A DNA stretch of 15,885 bases from Saprospiraceae bacterium (GTDB taxonomy: Bacteria > Bacteroidota > Bacteroidia > Chitinophagales > Saprospiraceae): assembly GCA_046153985.1 (NCBI GenBank), contig JBJXFD010000227.1, forward strand, positions 1 through 15,885, written 5' to 3'. The position numbers were made by a program, and so were the translations under genes. This document shows, piece after piece, positions 1-5,423 of this stretch (the stretch's first letter is position 1; each line of letters opens with the position of its first letter). The notes beneath the pieces were generated by a model. It saw nothing but the letters and a program-made list of their open reading frames with translations. It had not been told where the DNA came from and made no database searches.

Positions 1-213
1 CGTTTGTTTGGACTTCCTTTTTTACCTTTGACATGGGCTGGTTTTTTTGTGCCTTTAGTTGTGGAAAACCAAAGATACGATACCAGCCCACTTTTCAGCT
101 TAAGGCCGATTCATGCAACAAAGCCTAAGAACATTGTTTTTGGGAATCAGTCCACCTGTAATTGGAATGGTAACTATTTCCATATCCATCGCTTTAACGG
201 GAGCATGGATTAA
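1..213 (+). CDS. Possible 3' end of a gene that continues upstream of the window. It has 70 open codons in frame 1 with a hydrophobic N-terminal part, and no recognisable family. It may be non-coding.
   Basis: Open frame from position 1 to a stop at 211-213, with the only in-frame start a TTG. Local GC is lower than the rest of the window. Convergent with the TPR gene, which ends at 261. Confidence 0.2.
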   Translation, partial: RLFGLPFLPLTWAGFFVPLVVENQRYDTSPLFSLRPIHATKPKNIVFGNQSTCNWNGNYFHIHRFNGSMD

Positions 214-260
214 GTGGCGACATTTAGGTGCCATGTTGAGACCATGCAGCGTTATCCCAT

Positions 261-3200
261 TTATTTTTTTTCCAGGAGTTTCCTGGCCTTGGCCACATCG
301 GGGTGTGTAATGCCTTCTTTTTCCAAGGCTTCCAAATCTTCCAGAAAAGTAGCCTTATAGGTGCCGTTGCCATAAGGTTTGTCTTTCAGGTTTTCATATA
401 TTTGTTTGGCTGCTTCCCATTTACCCTGATAGAGCAGGGCTGGCGCGAGATTGGTGTTGATCCATTCCTCGCTTGGGTCTTTGGCTAAGCCGGCGCGGGC
501 GGACTGCTCTGCCTCATAGAATTGCTGGATAAATAATTGGTACCAGGCCAACGAGCCGTATTGTGTAGCCATCAGGTTGGCAATTTCGTCATTACCCGGC
601 ATTGGCTTTTCTATTTCCGAGAGAATGCTTATTATCTCCTGCTGCCGCAGTACTTTTTTGTACGGGTCTTTTTCAGTTTCGTTTGCCGTTTCCAAAGCAC
701 TCAGGCGTTCAATCTGCTTTTGCAGTTGAAAAGCCGCTTCATCAAAATCATTGAAAAATCGGGTAAGTTGCTGGATATAAGGCAAGTACAGCTGGACCCG
801 TGGATGCGCAGCGGGAAAAATGGCCAAGCGCTGTTCCGCATCCCGCATTAGTTCCAGCCCTGCGGCTTTTAAGGACATTTCGCCCTTGGTTTTGAGCAAT
901 TGTTCGTAAAAAAGGCCGATGTTGATATCCGTCATGACTACTTCCAAATTATATAACCGTGGGTTTTTCAGAGCTAATTTCCTACTTATCTGCAAGGCTT
1001 CTTCATAGGCTTGCATCGCCCCGGCCATCTCATTGTTGTCCTTTAACAATATACCCAAATTGTTTAAGGCCTTAGCCAAATCTGGAAGATAGACATCGGG
1101 GGTTTGGTCCGTTAATTTCCTTGTTATCTGCAAGATTTCTTCATACACTTGTTTCGCTCCAGCCATCTCATTATTGTCCTTTAACAATTTACCCAAACTG
1201 TTCAAGGTCATCGCGACATCGTACAGATAGACATCGGGGTTCTTTTTAGCTAATTTCCTTCTTATCTGCAAGGCTTCTTCATAGGCTTGTTTGGCCCCAA
1301 CCATCTCATTGTTGGCCTGTAACAATACGCCCAAATTGTTCAAGGTCATCGCCAAATCCGGCAGATAGGCATTGGGGGTTTTCTCGGTTAATTCCCTTCT
1401 TATCTGCAAGGCTTCTTCGTATGCTTGCTTCGCCCCAGCCATCTCGTTGTTAGACTGTAACAAGTTTCCCAAATTGTTCAAGGTAGTAGCTAAATCCGGC
1501 AGATAGACATCGGGGTTTTTCTCGGCTAATTTCCGATAAATCTGCAAGGCTTCTTCGTGTGCTTGCTTCGCCACGCCCACCTCGTTGTAAGACTGTATCA
1601 TCAAGTTTCCTAAATTGTTCAAGGTCATCGCCACATCTGGCAGATATACATCAGGGTTTTTCTCAACTAATTGCCTAAAAATCAGTAATGCTTCTTCATA
1701 GGCTTGCTTCGCCCCGCCCGTCTCGTTGTTGTCTGATAACCATAAGCCCAAATTGTTCAAGGTCATCGCCACATCCGGCAGATAGATATCGGGGGTTTTC
1801 TCTGCTAATTTCCTTCTTATCTGCAAGGCTTCCTCATAGGATTGCTTCGCCCCGGCCATCTCGTTGTTAACCTTTAACAAAGCCCCCAAATTGTTCAAGG
1901 AGGCAGCTACATTCGGCAGATAGACATCGGGGTTTTTCTCGGCTAATTTCCGATAAATCTGCAAAGCTTCCTCATAGGCTTTCTTCGCCTCGATCATCTC
2001 GTTGTTAGCCTGTAACAATACGCCCAAATTGTTCAAGGTAGTAGCCACATCCGGCAGATAGACATCGGGGTTTTTCTCAGCTAATTTCTTTTTTATCTGC
2101 AAGGCATCCTCATAGAATTGCTTCGCCCCTACCAGCTCGTTGTTGGCCTGCAACAAGTTTCCCAAATTGTTCAAGATAGTAGCCACATAAGACAGATAGG
2201 CAGTGGGGGTTTTCCCAGCTAATTGTCTATAAATCTGTAAAGCTTCTTCATAGGCTTGCTTAGCCCCAACCATCTCGCTCTTGTTTGATAACCATAGGCC
2301 CAAATTGTTCAAGGTCATTGCCATATACGGCAGATAGACATCGGGGTTTTTCTCGGCTAATTGCCTATAAATCTGCAAGGCTTCTTCATAGGTTTGCTTA
2401 GCCTCGATCATCCCGTTGGTTGCATAAAAAAAAACGCCCAAATTGTTCAATATCTTAGCCACATCCGGCAGATAGACATCGGGGTTTTTATCAGCTAATT
2501 TCCTTCTTATCTGCAAGGCTTCCTCAAAGGATTTCTTCGCCCTGCCCATCTCGTTGGTGCCTGATAACAATACGCCCAAATTGCTCAAGGTCATTGCCAT
2601 ATCCCGCAGATAGACACTGGGGGTTTTCTCGGCTAATTTCCTATAAATCTGCAAGGCTTCTTCAAAGGATCTCTTCGCCCTGCCCATCTCGTTGTTGTTC
2701 TGTAACAATACGCCCAAATTGTTCAATGTCATCGCTACATCTGGCAGATAGGCATCGTTTTTTTTTTTGGCTAATTTCCTTCTTATCTGCAAGGCTTCTT
2801 CATAGGATTTCTTCGCCCCCACCATCTCGTTGTTGTCCTTTAACAAGTTTCCCAAATTGTTCAAAATTGCACTTTTTTCATAAGGCTGGTCTGTTACAGC
2901 AAGTGCCTTTGCATAATAGGTGCGTGCCTTTGCAAATTGGTTCTGCGATTGCGTATATTCGGCTACCTCAAAAACCACTTCGTAGTTGCTTTCATCGTAA
3001 GCTATGGCCAAGTCGTAGAATCGCTCGGCATCGGCCCATTCGTAGTCCAACTTGTGAAGCCTAGCTTTAAACAGGCACATATTCACATCCTGGCGGATTT
3101 CCTCTTCCCTTTTGGCGATGTTTTTTTGCAGGGTATCCACTAAGGCCTTTTCTTTGGCTTTTTCACTGCTGTTCAGGGCAAGGCGTTTTTCCAAATCCAC

Positions 3201-3878
3201 GCTGTCCAGGATGGCTTTGGCCAGTTCGATGTTTTTGGCTTCAAAAGCGGCAAAGGCGCGTTGGTAAGCGGGGCTTTCGTCGTCGAGGTTTATGGTTACC
3301 CATTTATCGGCTAATTCTTTAGCTTGTTGTTCAGCCAATTGGCGCTGCTTGTCCAATAGCGCGTTGGCCTCTTCCAATGTTTGGATGTCCTGATTGAACT
3401 GTACCCGTAGTTCGGCCAAGAGGCGCTCCCTTTCTTTGCCTTGTTTTTGGAGGGTAGCTACCTTGCGTTCGTAGGCGGCTACGGCGGCATCTTTGGCAAT
3501 GTTGTAATAAGCAAGTTGGTTTTCGTACAACTGCCCCGCCGGGCACATGACAATTTTGAGGGGCTTCAATCGTCCAATGACGGAGGCTTGCTTCATTTCT
3601 TCCTCGTTCACTACGTCATACCCGCTTTTGGCGGCAAAAATGCGGGCTACGTCCCCACCGGGGCGGTCGGCAAAAACGAGGGTGAATTTGCCTTGTGCAT
3701 CGCTGCGCTGGGGCGTTGCGCCAGCGGATTTCACCTCGGCATTGGAGAGGTATTTGACGGAGCCGGTGCGGTATTGGCTATTTTGCTCTACGACGAGGCC
3801 GGGGAGGGGAATGTCTTGCTGGGCATGAAGGATGAAGGAGCAAAGGGTAAAGAGGGGAAGGAGCGGCGTTTTTTTCAT
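261..3878 (-). CDS. Secreted tetratricopeptide-like repeat protein of 1205 aa. Architecture: signal peptide, N-terminal beta-rich domain, about 90-aa coiled coil, 14 x 46-aa TPR-like units, and a roughly 210-aa C-terminal domain.
   Basis: ATG at 3878-3876. N-terminus MKKTPLLPLFTLCSFILHAQQ is a typical signal peptide. The unit YLPDVAMTLNNLGVLLQANNEMxxAKxAYEEALQIYRKLAEKNPDV recurs 14 times, matching TPR_12-like helix pairs. Long uninterrupted ORF. The start overlaps the stop of the upstream gene (ATGA). Confidence 0.9.
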   Translation of the reverse strand: MKKTPLLPLFTLCSFILHAQQDIPLPGLVVEQNSQYRTGSVKYLSNAEVKSAGATPQRSDAQGKFTLVFADRPGGDVARIFAAKSGYDVVNEEEMKQASVIGRLKPLKIVMCPAGQLYENQLAYYNIAKDAAVAAYERKVATLQKQGKERERLLAELRVQFNQDIQTLEEANALLDKQRQLAEQQAKELADKWVTINLDDESPAYQRAFAAFEAKNIELAKAILDSVDLEKRLALNSSEKAKEKALVDTLQKNIAKREEEIRQDVNMCLFKARLHKLDYEWADAERFYDLAIAYDESNYEVVFEVAEYTQSQNQFAKARTYYAKALAVTDQPYEKSAILNNLGNLLKDNNEMVGAKKSYEEALQIRRKLAKKKNDAYLPDVAMTLNNLGVLLQNNNEMGRAKRSFEEALQIYRKLAEKTPSVYLRDMAMTLSNLGVLLSGTNEMGRAKKSFEEALQIRRKLADKNPDVYLPDVAKILNNLGVFFYATNGMIEAKQTYEEALQIYRQLAEKNPDVYLPYMAMTLNNLGLWLSNKSEMVGAKQAYEEALQIYRQLAGKTPTAYLSYVATILNNLGNLLQANNELVGAKQFYEDALQIKKKLAEKNPDVYLPDVATTLNNLGVLLQANNEMIEAKKAYEEALQIYRKLAEKNPDVYLPNVAASLNNLGALLKVNNEMAGAKQSYEEALQIRRKLAEKTPDIYLPDVAMTLNNLGLWLSDNNETGGAKQAYEEALLIFRQLVEKNPDVYLPDVAMTLNNLGNLMIQSYNEVGVAKQAHEEALQIYRKLAEKNPDVYLPDLATTLNNLGNLLQSNNEMAGAKQAYEEALQIRRELTEKTPNAYLPDLAMTLNNLGVLLQANNEMVGAKQAYEEALQIRRKLAKKNPDVYLYDVAMTLNSLGKLLKDNNEMAGAKQVYEEILQITRKLTDQTPDVYLPDLAKALNNLGILLKDNNEMAGAMQAYEEALQISRKLALKNPRLYNLEVVMTDINIGLFYEQLLKTKGEMSLKAAGLELMRDAEQRLAIFPAAHPRVQLYLPYIQQLTRFFNDFDEAAFQLQKQIERLSALETANETEKDPYKKVLRQQEIISILSEIEKPMPGNDEIANLMATQYGSLAWYQLFIQQFYEAEQSARAGLAKDPSEEWINTNLAPALLYQGKWEAAKQIYENLKDKPYGNGTYKATFLEDLEALEKEGITHPDVAKARKLLEKK
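894..2882. repeat. Tandem array of about 14 near-identical 138-bp direct repeats encoding the 46-aa TPR-like units. The last unit, near 894-971, is degenerate.
   Basis: The motif ttatctgcaaggcttcttcataggcttgcttcgccc..gccatctcgttgtt recurs at 138-bp spacing, for example atctgcaag at 988 and 1126. Many units are more than 85 percent identical at nucleotide level by eye. Confidence 0.85.
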
Positions 3879-4801
3879 CGTTTGGATTTTCGCAGTGAAC
3901 TATTGATTTCCTGTTGCGTATGCACAGGTATGCTATCCAATTCGTTTATTTCGAAGCCTTTTTTAAAAAAACTGACGCGCTGGAATTTGCGCTGTTTGTT
4001 TTCGGGTATTTCCAACTCAAACCAGCCGAACTGGTCGGTATAAGTGGCGACATTTTCCACACTTACCCGCACGGAATCGAGCCATTGCTCGGTATTAAAA
4101 TCCATTACCTTGCCTTTTATAACATTCGTGCCCTCCAAAGCCACTTCCACAAAAATGGCGGCATTGGGTTCGAGCAGGTAAAGGCTGTCGGGATGTGTGG
4201 CGCGGTAAGGCTGCGGATGTTCGATGCGTATGGGCACTCTTTTGCCTTTAAAGCCCATCGGTATTTCTTTAAAGGTAGCTTCGCCTTTTTCATTAATGTT
4301 GCATGGCATTTCGCTGGTGCGCAAGCCGAGCATGACCTGGCCCTGATTTTTCAAAATACGGTCGTCTTTGCCTTTTTTACCGTGCACAAACACAGTAACG
4401 GTAAAGGATTCCGGCGATCCGCCGCCGCCGAAAAATTCTTTCAGGCTTATGCCTGCAATTTGGAAAATGCCTACCAAAATACCGACCACAACACCTGCTC
4501 CAACAACAAATCTCCAAACTTTACGCCTGTATTTTTCTGCCATTGGAGTAACGGGTAATTGCTCCGTTTCTCCGTTTAAAAAGCGGAGTAAGCGGTCGTT
4601 GATACGGTTTTGTTCAGTGGTTTGCTGCTCATAACTCAATATACCTTTTATTGTATTTCTTCGGAGGTTTTCGAATGATGCCTTGATTTGAGCAACAATA
4701 CTTCGGTCTTTCGGTGATAAATCCATCGAAAGCAGTTTGTCAAGGGCCTCAGCGGTGTGGCCGTTTGATACTAATTCTCTTATAGTTTCTTTTTCTGTCA
4801 T
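3875..4801 (-). CDS. Bitopic membrane protein of 308 aa. It has a roughly 95-aa cytoplasmic all-alpha N-terminal domain, one TM helix (WRFVVGAGVVVGILVGIFQIAGI), a Gly-rich linker, and two periplasmic Ig-like/CarboxypepD_reg-like beta-sandwich segments. Function unknown.
   Basis: ATG at 4801-4799 (MTEKETIRELV..). The stop TGA at 3877-3875 overlaps the ATG of the TPR gene at 3878-3876, suggesting translational coupling. The C-terminal segment IKGKVMDFNTEQWLDSVRVSVENVATYTDQFGWFELEIPE fits the carboxypeptidase-regulatory-like fold pattern. Confidence 0.8.
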   Translation of the reverse strand: MTEKETIRELVSNGHTAEALDKLLSMDLSPKDRSIVAQIKASFENLRRNTIKGILSYEQQTTEQNRINDRLLRFLNGETEQLPVTPMAEKYRRKVWRFVVGAGVVVGILVGIFQIAGISLKEFFGGGGSPESFTVTVFVHGKKGKDDRILKNQGQVMLGLRTSEMPCNINEKGEATFKEIPMGFKGKRVPIRIEHPQPYRATHPDSLYLLEPNAAIFVEVALEGTNVIKGKVMDFNTEQWLDSVRVSVENVATYTDQFGWFELEIPENKQRKFQRVSFFKKGFEINELDSIPVHTQQEINSSLRKSKR

Positions 4802-4880
4802 TTATTGTATGGGATAACTATGGCTTCACGCAACTCCTTCTATTTACCCTATTGCGTCAAAATCCGCTTGTCATCATTGG

Positions 4881-4919
4881 GTTGCGTAAAGCCAACCACC
4901 CCGGCTGGCTTTACGCAAC
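4881..4919. promoter_or_regulatory. Perfect 13-bp inverted repeat, gttgcgtaaagcc ... ggctttacgcaac, separated by 13 nt. It lies 80-118 bp upstream of the start of the membrane-protein/TPR operon. Candidate operator or structured leader element.
   Basis: Arms 4881-4893 and 4907-4919 are exact reverse complements. No adjacent T-run on either strand, so it is not a typical intrinsic terminator. Confidence 0.4.
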
Positions 4920-5084
4920 TGACGGATCGAAAAATGACTAGGAAAGAAAGGCGTAAAGTTTATCTACGAATTCTTTCATCTATGTAAATATACCCCAAAC
5001 TCTCAAATCTCCAACCCCACCAACAAACTTTTCCCCTACCCAACCTCACCCATTTGAAAGAAGGCTTCCCAAAATTACCCCAGT

Positions 5085-5159
5085 CCGCCGAACTGGAGTT
5101 CAGCGGTACAACGCCTGCCCCATCCGCCGAACAGCGTTCAGCGGTACAACACCTGCCCC
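5085..5159. repeat. Two tandem copies of a 36-37-nt element, ccgccgaac-N4/5-ttcagcggtacaac(g/a)cctgcccc. Each can fold as an 8-bp imperfect hairpin (ccgccgaa / ttcagcgg).
   Basis: Copy 1 is at 5085-5121 and copy 2 at 5124-5159. They differ at 2 positions and in the loop. The location is intergenic. Confidence 0.5.
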
Positions 5160-5178
5160 CAAAAGGGGGATTTTTACT
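5155..5178 (+). terminator. Terminator-like hairpin gccccc-aaaa-ggggg followed by a-ttttt, immediately after the tandem hairpin repeats.
   Basis: GC stem of 5-6 bp with a 4-nt loop and a T5 run at 5171-5175. No annotated plus-strand gene lies upstream, so it could end a small RNA or be fortuitous. Confidence 0.3.
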
Positions 5179-5423
5179 CCCCCCCGACTCCTTATTTCCC
5201 CATTTCCTCCAAATTTTATAGTTTCATCCCTCCTAGAGCATGTTGGGGAATTCATCAATTGGCTGCGAGCGGCAAATTTTACTTTATACTGCGTTGGATT
5301 TTTTCAAGATAGCTGCCGGCTATCTCTGCAAAATCCGCCTTGTCTAAAATAAAATTTCCTCGCTCTCGCTCAACCATGAAATCCCCAACGTGCTCTTATT
5401 CGCTCACATTCAACTTTTGCCGT

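Noticed and set aside
894-2882. Possibility that the regularly spaced repeats are a CRISPR array.
   Set aside because: The repeat unit of 138 bp is far longer than CRISPR repeats. There are no unique spacers: the whole unit repeats. The array is in-frame coding sequence for TPR-like units.
303-4043. Multiple plus-strand ORFs of 60-200 aa (303-488, 537-851, 1688-1870, 2594-3064, 2937-3143, 3441-4043, 3547-3828).
   Set aside because: All lie antisense to the long, repetitive TPR gene. Their translations are low-complexity (S/P/R/C-rich) and show no domain-like patterns. They are shadow ORFs of a strongly coding opposite strand.
3914-4634. Plus-strand ORFs 3914-4558 and 4368-4634.
   Set aside because: They are antisense to the membrane-protein gene. 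The minus-strand product has a coherent signal/TM/domain architecture and translational coupling, and these do not.
4805-4987. 60-aa plus-strand ORF in the intergenic region (MYGITMASRNSFYLPYCVKIRLSS...).
   Set aside because: It spans the perfect 13-bp palindrome and reads through it as random-looking sequence. It shows no conservation-like features and most likely reflects regulatory DNA rather than a gene.
5085-5159. Possibility that the two 37-nt hairpin repeats are a mini-CRISPR or a tRNA fragment.
   Set aside because: There are only two copies separated by 2 nt, so no spacer. No tRNA T-arm (GGTTCGA-like) or anticodon-arm geometry was found. Better described as a tandem hairpin repeat, a candidate sRNA or REP-like element.
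5340-5423. Upstream extension of the metalloprotease ORF (MSKIKFPRSRSTMKSPTCSYSLTFNFCR).
   Set aside because: It would bury the clear signal peptide MKKLLYAVLALLAFTLLSQPAFA internally. The ATG at 5424 is the sensible start.
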